From the NCBI GenBank assembly GCA_046351595.1, contig JAXLYE010000002.1:1304022-1368021 (forward strand): DNA of 64,000 bases, written 5' to 3'. Under the pieces are notes generated by a model. It did no database searches. It had not been told where the DNA came from and saw nothing but the letters and a program-made list of their open reading frames with translations. This DNA comes from Polyangia bacterium. Lineage in GTDB: Bacteria > Myxococcota_A > Polyangia > Palsa-1104 > JAEUJZ01. The position numbers and the translations under genes were made by a program. Below, one piece after another: positions 1 through 9,436 of this stretch (the first letter of the stretch is position 1; the number at the start of each line of letters is the position of its first letter).

Positions 1-383
1 ACAACCTGACCAACCTGCTCAGCGGCACCGTGGCGCGGGCCGTGGACGATGTGGCGCGGCAGCGGGCGCTCACCGCGGCGCTGCGCATCGAGAACCCGCT
101 GCGCCACTCGCCCGACACCATCGACTGCCTGAGCTGCCACGTCGCCATGGCGACGCGCACCTTCGGCGAGCAGCGCCTCGGGATGAGCAGCCAGGGCAAC
201 CCGGACCTGTTCACCTCGACGCAGGACCTGCGCTTCACCATGCCCGCGCAGCCGAGCCTGGAGAACATCCACGCGCTCAGCTACATGGGCACCGAGCTCG
301 GGATCAACCAGCGGACCGCGAACGACTCCGCGGTGGTGGCGCAGGCGATGACGGCGCTGTTGCGGCAGGTGGTCGGGCAGTGA
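1..383 (+). CDS. C-terminal fragment of a hypothetical protein (5' end outside the window) with a CLSCH motif that could bind c-type heme
   Basis: The frame is open from the window edge to a stop at 381-383. GC3-rich codon usage matches neighbouring genes. A CxxCH motif is seen in the translation (TIDCLSCHVAM). Confidence 0.5.
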   Translation, partial: NLTNLLSGTVARAVDDVARQRALTAALRIENPLRHSPDTIDCLSCHVAMATRTFGEQRLGMSSQGNPDLFTSTQDLRFTMPAQPSLENIHALSYMGTELGINQRTANDSAVVAQAMTALLRQVVGQ

Positions 384-725
384 GCGCAGCGCGCTGCGGG
401 CGAGCGACACGGGACCGTTCCGCACCGGCGTAGAGCGCCGCAGGCGGCGGCGGAGCGCGCGCCGGGCGACGTCAAGCCGAGTACGTTCATCCCGCCTGCG
501 CGCCGCGGCTGCGCGGGAGCTTCCGCGGGGCGCAACCAGGATGCGGACGGATTGCGGCCCGGCACCTTGCGGGGCGCGCGGTTTTGACACACCTGAGGGA
601 GACGCGCACAGCCCGGAGCCGCTTGCTGCCGTCGGGGAGCGGACGATGCCAGCGGCGCCGCGCGGATCCCGGAGTCCGCGCCGGGAGATAGCCGGAGCCG
701 GCGGAGCTCGATCGGCGCCGGGTCG

Positions 726-741
726 TGGCACCTGCCTTGCT
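726..741 (+). promoter_or_regulatory. Sigma54 (RpoN) -24/-12 promoter TGGCAC-N5-TTGCT
   Basis: tcgTGGCACctgccTTGCTgc has exact GG-N10-GC spacing, about 57 bp upstream of the ATG at 798. Confidence 0.55.
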
Positions 742-797
742 GCTCTGGGATCGCGTCGGGCGCGGCTCTGCTGAGGCATGGATGCGCCCGCAGTGAG

Positions 798-1742
798 GTG
801 CCGATGGCGAGCCTGAGCCGTGAGCTGCGACAGTCGAGCCGACTCCGCCTGGTGATGCCGGCGCTGTGTCGGCACGAGGGCGGCGTGGTCCGCGCGCTGG
901 TGCAGGACATCAGCCGCGAAGGGATCTTCCTGCGGCTCGCCGAGTACGTCCCGCCGGGCTCGATCTCGGGCGTCGAGCTGGCGCTGCCCGAGGAGGCGAC
1001 GCCGCTCGTGCTCGCGGTCTCGGCCCGCTTCGTCGGCCGCACCCCGCACGGCTTCGGCGTCGGCATGCGCATCGTCGAGCCGGCACCGGCCGAGCGGCAG
1101 CGCTGGGAGCGCTTCTACACCGCCCTGCAGCGCGGGGCCCGTTCGCGCCGCGCCACCTCGAGCGGGCGCGTGCTCGTCGCCGCGCGCGCGCTGCCGGCGG
1201 GGCTCGTCGAGCGGCTGGTCGCGCAGGGCCTGGCCGTGATCAGCGCCCGCGACAACAGCGAGGTGCTGGACCGGGTCCGGCCGAACAGCAACGACGTGGT
1301 GCTGGCCGAGCTGCATGATGCGCGGCTCAGCGGCGCGGCGCTGTGCGAGGGCCTCAAGCGCCGCCGTGCGCTCGCGCGGATCGCGGTCGTCCTGGTCACG
1401 GACAGCGGCGCCGCGTCGGACTTCCTCGCCGGCCTCGACGCGGGCGCGGACTACGTCATCGCGCGGCCGTTCAGCGCCGAGTACTGCGCATCGCGGATCC
1501 TCGCCGCCGCGCGCCAGCGTGAGCCCAGCGGACCACGCGCCGAGCCTGGGCCCGCAGCCGGTCCGCGCCTGTACACCACGGAGTCTGGGGCCAGGCTGGA
1601 GCCCCTGCGCGCGCCTTCCGCCGTGCCGGCGTGCCTGGTGCATGCCGCCGATCGCATCGCGGATGCGTGCTTCCTGTTGAAGGGCCTGGCGCGGAACCAG
1701 CTCCGCAGGCTCAAGCAGCGCTGGGACGCACCAGGCCGGTGA
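798..1742 (+). CDS. PilZ domain protein with a C-terminal pseudo-receiver (REC-like) domain
   Basis: PilZ motifs RQSSR and DISREG are near the N-terminus. The C-terminal part resembles CheY-like receivers (VVLVTDSG, AGADYVIARPF), but the phospho-acceptor position reads AELHD, Glu in place of Asp, and the acidic pair is absent. Confidence 0.75.
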   Translation: MPMASLSRELRQSSRLRLVMPALCRHEGGVVRALVQDISREGIFLRLAEYVPPGSISGVELALPEEATPLVLAVSARFVGRTPHGFGVGMRIVEPAPAERQRWERFYTALQRGARSRRATSSGRVLVAARALPAGLVERLVAQGLAVISARDNSEVLDRVRPNSNDVVLAELHDARLSGAALCEGLKRRRALARIAVVLVTDSGAASDFLAGLDAGADYVIARPFSAEYCASRILAAARQREPSGPRAEPGPAAGPRLYTTESGARLEPLRAPSAVPACLVHAADRIADACFLLKGLARNQLRRLKQRWDAPGR

Positions 1743-1898
1743 CCGGGGGGGGCCGTCGCAGCGACGGGGGCGCGCCGCGCGCGGCGGCGGCGTTGGGAGT
1801 GTCAGGAAGGAAACAGGAGGGAATCAGGAGGGAGGCGGGGGGCGCCGGCCCGCGCGGTCTAGCTGAGCCCCGCGCGGCGCCGGCGTGCGGACCGGCGG

Positions 1899-3980
1899 CT
1901 ACTTCTTCTGCTGCTGCGCGGCCGGCTTCTTCACGCCACCCGGCGCGGGCTTGTTGGGCAGGTTCTTGGGTGCGGTGTCCGTGGTGTCAGGCGACGCCAC
2001 GTCGGCCGGGTTGACCTGCTGCACGCCCTTGGCCACCGGCGGGTCGGTCACGTTGAACTCGACGCGGCGGTTGGCGGCGCGGCCCTGCTGCGTGGTGTTG
2101 GGCTTGATCGGGTGCGTCTGACCGTGGCCGTGCGGCTCCAGGCGCGACTGATCGACGCCTTCCTTGATCAGGAAGCGGACCACGCTCTTTGCGCGGCGCT
2201 CGGACAGATCCTGGTTGTGCTCCAGGCCGCCGCGGTCGTCGGTGTGACCGTCGACCGACATCTTCTTGATCATCGGCGTGTGCTTGAGCACCGTGGCCAC
2301 CGCCTTCAGCACCGGGAAGCTCTGCGGCAGGATCACGTCCTGATCCGTCGCGAAGAACACGGGCTTGAGGATCTTCAGCTCGCCGTCGGTCATCTGGATC
2401 AGGCCGCCGGGGCAGCCGTTCTTCTTCGGATCCGGATCCGGAGCGCCGGGCTTGTCGGGGCACGCGTCGGTCTTGTCGGGCACGTTGTCGTGATCGCGGT
2501 CGGGCAGCGGGCAGCCGATGCGGTCCGGATCCGGGTTCAGGCCGGCCGGGACCTCGGGGCACTTGTCCTCGGGATCGAGCACGCCGTCCTTGTCCTTGTC
2601 GCCGGCCGGGCAGCCGCGGCGCGCCGGGTCGGGCGTCTGGCCCATGTGCACGTCGGGGCACATGTCCTCGTTGTCGAGCACGCCGTCGCCGTCGCGATCG
2701 CCCATCGGGCAGCCGCGGCGCGCCGGGTCGGGCTGGTTGCCCATGTGCACGTCGGGGCACAGGTCGTCCTTGTCGAAGACGCCGTCCTTGTCGCGGTCAC
2801 TGAGCGGGCAGCCGCGGCGCTCGGGATCCGGGTTCTGGCCCATCGGCTCGTCGGGGCACAGGTCCTCGTGATCCATCACGCCGTCGCCGTCGCGGTCGGC
2901 CGGCGGGCAGCCGTTGGTGCGGCGATCGCCGGTCTTGATGCCCTTGACCGTGACGCAGGCATCGTCCTTGTCCATGATGCCGTCGCCGTCGGTGTCCTTG
3001 TCGGGCTCGCGGATCGGCGCGTAGGCCAGGCGCAAGAGCACGCGGCCGTCGGGCGTGCCGGGCTGGCGCAGCGCGCCGATGCCGCCGGCGAGGCCGACCT
3101 GCACGAGCTTGGCGATGTTGTAGTGCGCGCCCAGCAGGATCTCGAGGCTGGTGTGGTCGCGCGCGACACCCTCGGGGCCGATGACCTGCGTCGCGAGCAG
3201 GGCCTCGGGGCCGACCGCGAAGCGCTTCTCGAGGTTGGCGTAGTACAGGCCGAGGCCGAACTGCAGCTCGGAGCCGGTCTTGCTGCCGGCCGGGTTCTCG
3301 AGGTTGCCGATGGTGGCCTCGGGCCGGTAGTAGAACGCGGCGGTGAACGACCAGCGCAGCCAGTCCTTCAAGCCGCCCAGGACGATCTTGGGCATGACGC
3401 GCACGCCCTGCTCGCCGGTGGTGTTCGTGAGGACCGAGCTGTCGCCGGCGATCGCGCGCAGCGGGATCCACACGAAGGCGCCGAGGTGGACCGAGATCGG
3501 GTCGCGGTCGGCGTGCTTCCACAGCCGGACCATGCCGCCGATGCGCGGATCGCCGACGCCGGCGCCCTGCATCGGGGTGATGCCGGCGATGGGCGTATCG
3601 GTGCCGCGCTCCAGGAGCGTAATCGGCAGCGTCAGCGACAGCGTCACGCGGTCGAGGAACGAGCCGGCCAGGTCGACGTGGCCGAGCAGCTGGTGGCCGA
3701 TGACCACCTGGTTCTGCTGGAACGTGCCGTCGGGCTGCGCGGTGCCGAAGACCAGCGGCTGGTGGCCGTAGTTGAGCGTGATGCCGCCCGCGAAGTACCG
3801 CGTCGAGGAGTACCAGGGGTGGTCGACCATGAAGGACCACTCACCGGCGGCCGTGGGCTCATAGCGGTTGAGCTGGAAGCCGGTGTTCTGGGCGTGAGCG
3901 GGGCTCGCCAACGACAGCAGCGCCGCAGCGGCTACACCCAACAGGCAATGTCGTTTCAGAAGTCGCACGAGTTCCTCCAT
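1899..3980 (-). CDS. OmpA-family outer-membrane protein with thrombospondin type-3 (DxDxDGxxDxxD) calcium-binding repeats
   Basis: The signal peptide is MEELVRLLKRHCLLGVAAAALLSLASPAHAQ. There are many DRDGDGV/DKDKDGV repeats. The C-terminal OmpA_C-like domain reads GHTDDRGGLEHNQDLSERRAKSV...NRRVEF. The start is chosen at the internal Met before the signal peptide. Confidence 0.85.
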   Translation of the reverse strand: MEELVRLLKRHCLLGVAAAALLSLASPAHAQNTGFQLNRYEPTAAGEWSFMVDHPWYSSTRYFAGGITLNYGHQPLVFGTAQPDGTFQQNQVVIGHQLLGHVDLAGSFLDRVTLSLTLPITLLERGTDTPIAGITPMQGAGVGDPRIGGMVRLWKHADRDPISVHLGAFVWIPLRAIAGDSSVLTNTTGEQGVRVMPKIVLGGLKDWLRWSFTAAFYYRPEATIGNLENPAGSKTGSELQFGLGLYYANLEKRFAVGPEALLATQVIGPEGVARDHTSLEILLGAHYNIAKLVQVGLAGGIGALRQPGTPDGRVLLRLAYAPIREPDKDTDGDGIMDKDDACVTVKGIKTGDRRTNGCPPADRDGDGVMDHEDLCPDEPMGQNPDPERRGCPLSDRDKDGVFDKDDLCPDVHMGNQPDPARRGCPMGDRDGDGVLDNEDMCPDVHMGQTPDPARRGCPAGDKDKDGVLDPEDKCPEVPAGLNPDPDRIGCPLPDRDHDNVPDKTDACPDKPGAPDPDPKKNGCPGGLIQMTDGELKILKPVFFATDQDVILPQSFPVLKAVATVLKHTPMIKKMSVDGHTDDRGGLEHNQDLSERRAKSVVRFLIKEGVDQSRLEPHGHGQTHPIKPNTTQQGRAANRRVEFNVTDPPVAKGVQQVNPADVASPDTTDTAPKNLPNKPAPGGVKKPAAQQQKK

Positions 3981-4171
3981 CAGCAGGCAAATGTCAGCGC
4001 GAGCCGGCGGCTCGCATGAACTGGGCAGGGGACCGGTCGGCCCGCGCCGCACGCCGCTGCCCAGGGCAGGGCAGGCGGGTGCGGCCGGAGCCGGAGTGAG
4101 CGCCGCGAGCTCGGTGCATGGGGTGGGAGCTCAACGCAAAAAGATCCGAGCTGCGGCGCGGCTGCGGACGG

Positions 4172-6619
4172 CTAGCGCCCCTCGCCGAGGCGACGACGCC
4201 GCCACAGGCCCAGGAGCAGCACGCTGCACAGCGCGAAGAAGGTCAGGCCCTGCGCGCGCGTCGCCGCCGTGGGGCCGACGCTGCAGCTGAAGCCGCCGCC
4301 CGCGAGCTGATCCTCGCCGGTGCCGGGGCCGCCGATGAGGTCACTGCGCGTGACGACGTTGTTCTCCAGGTTCGGATCGTTGGCGCTCGGCGTGCGCACC
4401 GTCGTGTTGATGTCGACGGTCTTCTGGCCGGGGCCGGGCACGACCACGATGCTGATGTCCGGCGCCTTGCCCGGAGGGATGGGCATGTTGTACGTGCACG
4501 TGATCTGCCGATCCTTCTGGCTGCACTGCCAGTCGGGGCCGGGGTTGATCTCCTTGATCGTCCCGCCCGGCGGCACGTCGTACACGACGATGACGCCCGG
4601 AGGCGCGGTGCCGGGGCCGTTGTTGTTCACGGTGATGACGTGCGTGACCGGCTCCTCGGCGCGCGGCGGGTTGGGCTTGGTGCGCACCGTGATCGACAGG
4701 TCGACGTCGGGGATGCGGCAGCGGCTCGTGGCGGTGTCGCAGCTGTTCGACAGGCAGTCACTGTCCTTGGTGCAGCCGCACATCTTGGCCGGGGTGCAGA
4801 TCTGGCCGGTGGGGACGCCGCGGCAGTCCAGGTCGTTCGTGCAGGTGTTGGTGCACTTGAACGCGCTGACGTCGCAGCGCGGCATCATCGACGGGCAGTC
4901 GAGGTTGGTCATGCACTCGCGCACCGAGATCGAGACCGGGCGGTTGGGGAAGAAGACCGGCTTGCCCTTGTCCGGACCGTCGAGCGGCGTGGCGACGCTG
5001 CCGGTGTTCCACGAGGCCGGCGGGATGCCCTGGGTGATGCCGACCATGCCCGAGGCGGTGATGACGCCGCCGATCTGGATGTCCTTGCCGTTGGCCGACG
5101 GATCGACCGTGGTCTGGAACGAGATCGAGGGCGGCGTGTCGTTGGTCGTGACCGAGCCGCCCTTGGTCGCGGTGGCGCCGGTGCCGACGTAGACCTTGAG
5201 GGTGCGGGTCACCGGGTCGTAGACCACCTGGTCATCGCCCATGCCGTCGGTCTTGGGGCCGGCGTTGGGGCCGTTGTTGACCGTCGTCGAGTTGAACACG
5301 TAGGTCAGGCCCGGGGGCAGCTGGATCGTGACGTAGGTGTCGACGCTGGCGTCGGTGCCGGTGTTGGGCGTGGTGACCGTGAACTTGAGCTTGTCGCTCG
5401 GCCGCACGCCGCCGCCGGGGTTGGTGACGTTGGTGTAGTCGAGGCGGCTCTCCGAGAAGATCGGCGTCAGCGTCGCCACCGAGCCGGCGAGCACGCCGAC
5501 GAAGTAGGTGTCGTTGGTGGTGCTGGCCGCGACGTCGATCGACTTGTCGCCGGCCTTGACCAGCGCGGTGATGTCGACGATGTCCATGTCGACGCCGCTC
5601 AGGCTGTCGGGCTGGCCGTTGGTCTGCGGCAGGTCGCCGGTCTGGGTGACGGCGTTGCCGCCGTTGCTGCGCGTGCCGTTGAAGAAGTTGGTCGGCGGGT
5701 TCAGGCCGTTGGTCAGGTTCTGGGTGTTGACCGAGATGCGGTCGCCCGTCGAGCCGGCGTTGCCCTCGTAGGCGACGACGCCGAGCTTGGCGTCGAAGCC
5801 GGTCATCGGGACCAGGAACCCGCTCAGCTTGGCGCTGACCGTGGCACCGCCCGCGACCTGATCGAAGCCCTCGAACACGGTGAGGTTGCGCGGCGGCGCG
5901 GCCTGGGTCTGGTAGAAGACCACGACGCTCCAGGCGGCGTAGAGCAGCTGGTCGGCGCCGTTGACCGGGCTGACCGTGGCGACGTTGCTGACGCGGAAGG
6001 CGCCGGCGCCGTAGGTCTGGACCAGGTCGGTGATGTCCGCGGTCTGCTGGTAGTGCGTGCCCGAGGCGATGACGTCGAGCGACGCCGTCGAGTCGGCGGC
6101 GACCATGCGGCTGAACACGCCGGGGCGGTCGACGCCGATCTGCGCCGTCGGCGAGATCGCGCCCTTGGGCCCCTCGGCCGACCAGTACAGGCGGGCGTAC
6201 GTCACGACCGCGCCGGCCGGCAGCGACAGCACCGCGGTGCTGCGCGCCATCGGCGGCGTGATCGTGGTGCCGGCGTTGGCGGTGCCGGCATCGTCCGCGC
6301 GCCACAGCACGTCGATGTCGTTGTCATCGGTGTTCATGCCGCAGCTGGGATCGACGGTGCCCACGACCGGCTTGGGCGTGGTCGCTCGGCAGTCGTAGCC
6401 GAGCGTATTGCCGAAGATCACCATGTCGCCGCGCTGGCTGACCTGGTAGCGCAGCGACGGCGCAGCGGCAGCCGGGCGGCTCACCAGTCCGACTCCTGCA
6501 AGGAGCGCCGCAGCCAGGAACGCAGGCAGGTACGTAGCAATGCGCTTGGCCAAGTACGTAGGCCGCTCGGCCGCGACACCGAACCGCTTCGCGCGTCGCA
6601 AGGTCTCACTAGGTCTCAT
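4172..6619 (-). CDS. Secreted cell-surface protein with a MYXO-CTERM sorting signal and a Cys-rich EGF-like module
   Basis: The C-terminus GGGFSCSVG...ALCSVLLLGLWRRRRLGEGR matches the MYXO-CTERM pattern (GC motif, hydrophobic helix, Arg cluster). The start MRPSE at 6619 has a strong RBS (GGGAGGAAccaATG) and a signal-like hydrophobic segment. Internal repeat domains and a Cys-rich block CPSMMPRCDVSAFKCTNTCTNDLDC are present. Confidence 0.8.
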   Translation of the reverse strand: MRPSETLRRAKRFGVAAERPTYLAKRIATYLPAFLAAALLAGVGLVSRPAAAAPSLRYQVSQRGDMVIFGNTLGYDCRATTPKPVVGTVDPSCGMNTDDNDIDVLWRADDAGTANAGTTITPPMARSTAVLSLPAGAVVTYARLYWSAEGPKGAISPTAQIGVDRPGVFSRMVAADSTASLDVIASGTHYQQTADITDLVQTYGAGAFRVSNVATVSPVNGADQLLYAAWSVVVFYQTQAAPPRNLTVFEGFDQVAGGATVSAKLSGFLVPMTGFDAKLGVVAYEGNAGSTGDRISVNTQNLTNGLNPPTNFFNGTRSNGGNAVTQTGDLPQTNGQPDSLSGVDMDIVDITALVKAGDKSIDVAASTTNDTYFVGVLAGSVATLTPIFSESRLDYTNVTNPGGGVRPSDKLKFTVTTPNTGTDASVDTYVTIQLPPGLTYVFNSTTVNNGPNAGPKTDGMGDDQVVYDPVTRTLKVYVGTGATATKGGSVTTNDTPPSISFQTTVDPSANGKDIQIGGVITASGMVGITQGIPPASWNTGSVATPLDGPDKGKPVFFPNRPVSISVRECMTNLDCPSMMPRCDVSAFKCTNTCTNDLDCRGVPTGQICTPAKMCGCTKDSDCLSNSCDTATSRCRIPDVDLSITVRTKPNPPRAEEPVTHVITVNNNGPGTAPPGVIVVYDVPPGGTIKEINPGPDWQCSQKDRQITCTYNMPIPPGKAPDISIVVVPGPGQKTVDINTTVRTPSANDPNLENNVVTRSDLIGGPGTGEDQLAGGGFSCSVGPTAATRAQGLTFFALCSVLLLGLWRRRRLGEGR

Positions 6620-6795
6620 TGGTTCCTCCCATAGGATGAAAGCAGTGGGGACTGTGGGGGCCAGTGTGCACCGACTTGGCGGCTTGGGAGAAAAGAAATC
6701 CACGGTTTTCTCGACCTCGCTCCAGAGTCCGTCAAACACTCGGGTTCCCGCTCCCGAGCGCGCGCAGCGACGGAGGAGAGGCTGCCCGGAGGCCG

Positions 6796-6837
6796 GCTGC
6801 GCCCAGACCGCGCCAGACTGCGCCCAGACCGCGCCAG
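6796..6837. repeat. 21-bp tandem direct repeat x2 (ctgcgcccagaccgcgccaga), with further cccagaccgcgcc copies at about 6841 and 6912
   Basis: Direct reading of the sequence. It lies about 180-300 bp upstream of the MYXO-CTERM gene start. Confidence 0.8.
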
Positions 6838-7114
6838 CCGTTCCCAGACGGAGTCAATGCGGCTTCACGGTGATTTCGGACGGTTCCCAACCGGCTCTCC
6901 AAGACCGCTCCCAGACCGCGCCGCGACGGGTCCGCCCGCTCTCTGCGGGCCCGCGCACGGTCCCGCTCAGCGACGGAATGGCGGATTCAGGAATGCTTTG
7001 GTCCGGTCATGTGCCCAATGTCCGCAGTGCCCCGGTGAACGCAGGTTTCCGTCGAGGCGCCGCGGCTCTGCGCTCCCACGGCGGTGCGGAGCGGGTGCGA
7101 TGCAGAAAGAGTCC

Positions 7115-7126
7115 TCTTTAAAGAGA
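7115..7126. promoter_or_regulatory. Perfect 12-bp AT-rich palindrome CTCTTTAAAGAG in a long intergenic region
   Basis: Seen directly. The local AT island stands out against the 72% GC background. Confidence 0.4.
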
Positions 7127-7242
7127 TGCACTTCGCGCGCCCGGTAATGTAGCGGCTCTGTTGCGGGCGATCCTCGACGCGGAGCCGACGCTGGCTCCCG
7201 CGCATTCCGGATTTCATCGGGTAACTACCGTAGGGACGAGCT

Positions 7243-7252
7243 GGGAATTCCC
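7243..7252. promoter_or_regulatory. Perfect 10-bp palindrome GGGAATTCCC
   Basis: Seen directly. It shares the GGGAAT core with the 9795-9830 array and the 41402-41427 copies. Confidence 0.4.
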
Positions 7253-7498
7253 ACTGCGCTTCAGCGACGGCATGCCGCTGGCTCCCAGCAAGGGAGTGAG
7301 CCTATGAAGATGATGAATACGATGAGGACGGCGAAGCGGAAGGGGCGGGCGCGTGGAGGAAGAGGGTCAGGGAATCTCTTAGGGATAAATACAGAGAGAG
7401 CGCAGACTCCGGGAGCGGAGCGCCTCTCTTTACGCCCCCGAGAACGCGGCAGACCTGGCGACAGCGGGGGGCAGGGCCCGTCGCGGCCGCGCTCCTGC

Positions 7499-9436
7499 TC
7501 AGGGACCTGGCCCCTCGCCCGGCGCGCCCTCTTGCCGGCCGTACAGGCGGCGGCCCAGGTCGGCGAGCGCGTCCAGCCCGAGCGGCGGCGTGCCCAGCGT
7601 GACGGTCGTCAGCCGGGTCGGCGCCGCGGCGGCGGCCAGGTCCGCGAGCACCTTGCCCTCGCGCTCGCACAGCGCCGCGCACAGCCGGCAGCCCGGGCTC
7701 GCGGCCGCCGTCGCCTGGTTGACGAAGATGCGCGACAGCGCGATGCCCGCGCGCGCGCACGCGGCCAGCAGGTCCTGCGTCTCGGCGTAGGCCAGGTACG
7801 TCGGGATCGTCACCGCGCACAGGCGGGTCTGCTGCGGCGCGGCCAGCAGCCGGCGCAGCGCCTTCAGGTGCTTGGACAGCGCGATCAGCCGGTCGGTGAG
7901 GCGCGGCAGCCGCATCACGCTCTTCTGCTTCAGCAGCACCGCGAACAGCGCCCGCAGCCAGCCCTCCAGAATCGCCGGCATCTCGAGCAGCCGCAGAAGG
8001 TGCCCGGTCGGCGCGGTGTCGAGCACCACGAGCGCGTCGGGCGCCTCCTCCAGGATCTCGGTGAGCCGCGTCAGCGACACGATCTCGTCGAGGCCGGGCG
8101 GCGTCAGGTCGAGCAGCCGCTCGAGCGCGCGGCGATCGAACGCCAGGTCGGCGTTGCGCAGCTTGTGCCGCAGGACGTCCGAGAGCTCGTCCTTGTAGGC
8201 GTCGCGCCAGTCCCGCCACTGCGCCTCGGGATCTGGCGCCAGCGCGGTGAGCCGCGGCGTGATGGGTCGCGGCTCGGCGCCGACCGCGGTGCCGAGCGCC
8301 GCCGACAGCGAGTGCGCCGGATCCGTGGACAGGAGCACCACCGGGCGCTCCACCGACAGCGCCAGCGCCGTCGCGCAGGCCAGCGTGGTCTTGCCGACGC
8401 CGCCCTTGCCCGCGAACACCAGCAGCCGGCGCTCGGGCGGCGGCGGCGGCGCGGGCGCGACGACCTGCGGCGCCACCTCGGGCCCGCCGGCGCGCGGCGC
8501 GGTCGACGGCTCGGGCAGCGGCTGCGCCAGCTCCCACAGCGACACCAGCGCGGCGCGCCCGCGCACCTCCTGCGCGAGCAGCGGCAGGCCCCAGCGCTCC
8601 TGCACCGGCGCGGTCACCAGCCGCGCATCGAGAGCGCCCTGTTGCGCCGCGCGGACGCGGGCGCACTGCGCGCAGCCGCTCTCGGGGCGCAGGCGGTTGA
8701 CGACGAGCGGACCGAGGTGCAGCCGCCGCGCGTGGAGCCGCTCTAAAAACCCGAGCGTCACGTCGATGCACAGCGGCTCGGCCACGAGCGTCGTCACCAG
8801 GCAGCTGCGCTCCGAGCACAAGAGCGCCTGCGTGCGCCGCGCCGACTCTCCGAGCTCGCTGAGCAGGCGGTCCGTCTCGTCCTCGCGGTAGGCGCCGGCG
8901 AAATGCTGCGCGAGGAAGCGGTGCTTGGCCAGCAGGTCATCCAGCGCCTCGACCCAGTCGCGCAAGAGGGCCGGCACGTCGAGCAGCCGCTCGGTGTGGC
9001 CGCTCGGCGCGGTGTCGACGAGGACCGTCTGCGGCGGCGCCGCCTGCGTCCACTCGGCGATGCGCAGGAACGCCAAAAGCTCGTCGAGCCCGGGCAGCGA
9101 CAGGTCGAAGAAGCGGTCGAGGTCCGCCTCGTCGAGGAAGGTGCCGCGCCGCGCGATCTCGCGCAGCACCGCGCCCTTGTGCGCCATGAACTCGTCGAGG
9201 CACTCCTTCGCATCGAGCTCGACGACCCGCAGGTTGGCCGGCAGCGGCTCGTCACCCAGGCAGTCGCGCAGCGAGTGCGCCGGGTCGACCGAGACCAGCA
9301 GGTACGGCGCCTGCGGGTTGTGCACCGAGAGGTACAGCGCCGTCGCCGCGGCGCAGGTCGTCTTGCCGACGCCGCCCTTGCCCGCGAACAGAAGGAGCTG
9401 CAGGTCGGTGCGGCACAGGAAGCTCGGCAAGTTCAT
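7499..9436 (-). CDS. Tandem-domain Get3/TRC40-like (ArsA-family) ATPase with a CxxC motif in both halves
   Basis: Two P-loop NTPase repeats are present (LLFAGKGGVGKTTCAAATA...VDPAHSL and LLVFAGKGGVGKTTLACATA...TDPAHSL). Each half has VN(Q/R)...GCxxCA (SGCAQCARV and PGCRLCAALC), which is the Get3-type zinc/dimer motif rather than the ArsA metalloid-site Cys pattern. Confidence 0.85.
   Translation of the reverse strand: MNLPSFLCRTDLQLLLFAGKGGVGKTTCAAATALYLSVHNPQAPYLLVSVDPAHSLRDCLGDEPLPANLRVVELDAKECLDEFMAHKGAVLREIARRGTFLDEADLDRFFDLSLPGLDELLAFLRIAEWTQAAPPQTVLVDTAPSGHTERLLDVPALLRDWVEALDDLLAKHRFLAQHFAGAYREDETDRLLSELGESARRTQALLCSERSCLVTTLVAEPLCIDVTLGFLERLHARRLHLGPLVVNRLRPESGCAQCARVRAAQQGALDARLVTAPVQERWGLPLLAQEVRGRAALVSLWELAQPLPEPSTAPRAGGPEVAPQVVAPAPPPPPERRLLVFAGKGGVGKTTLACATALALSVERPVVLLSTDPAHSLSAALGTAVGAEPRPITPRLTALAPDPEAQWRDWRDAYKDELSDVLRHKLRNADLAFDRRALERLLDLTPPGLDEIVSLTRLTEILEEAPDALVVLDTAPTGHLLRLLEMPAILEGWLRALFAVLLKQKSVMRLPRLTDRLIALSKHLKALRRLLAAPQQTRLCAVTIPTYLAYAETQDLLAACARAGIALSRIFVNQATAAASPGCRLCAALCEREGKVLADLAAAAAPTRLTTVTLGTPPLGLDALADLGRRLYGRQEGAPGEGPGP

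Noticed and set aside
2112-6634. Long plus-strand ORFs (2112-4019, 4118-6634) and many other 100-1400 aa ORFs antisense to annotated genes, for example 30655-34857 (-), 37929-41291 (+), 41829-45815 (-), 57804-60563 (-), 7304-8746 (+)
   Set aside because: They exactly shadow genes with clear family assignments on the opposite strand. Their translations are Arg/Ala/Gly/Asp-rich low-complexity strings typical of antisense frames in 70%+ GC DNA, and they have no motifs.
7304-7480. Small protein starting at the strong Shine-Dalgarno plus ATG at 7304 (MKMMNTMRTAKRKGRARGG...)
   Set aside because: The frame has no stop for 1.4 kb and runs antisense through the Get3-like gene. It may be a leader or sRNA but cannot be called a CDS from sequence alone.
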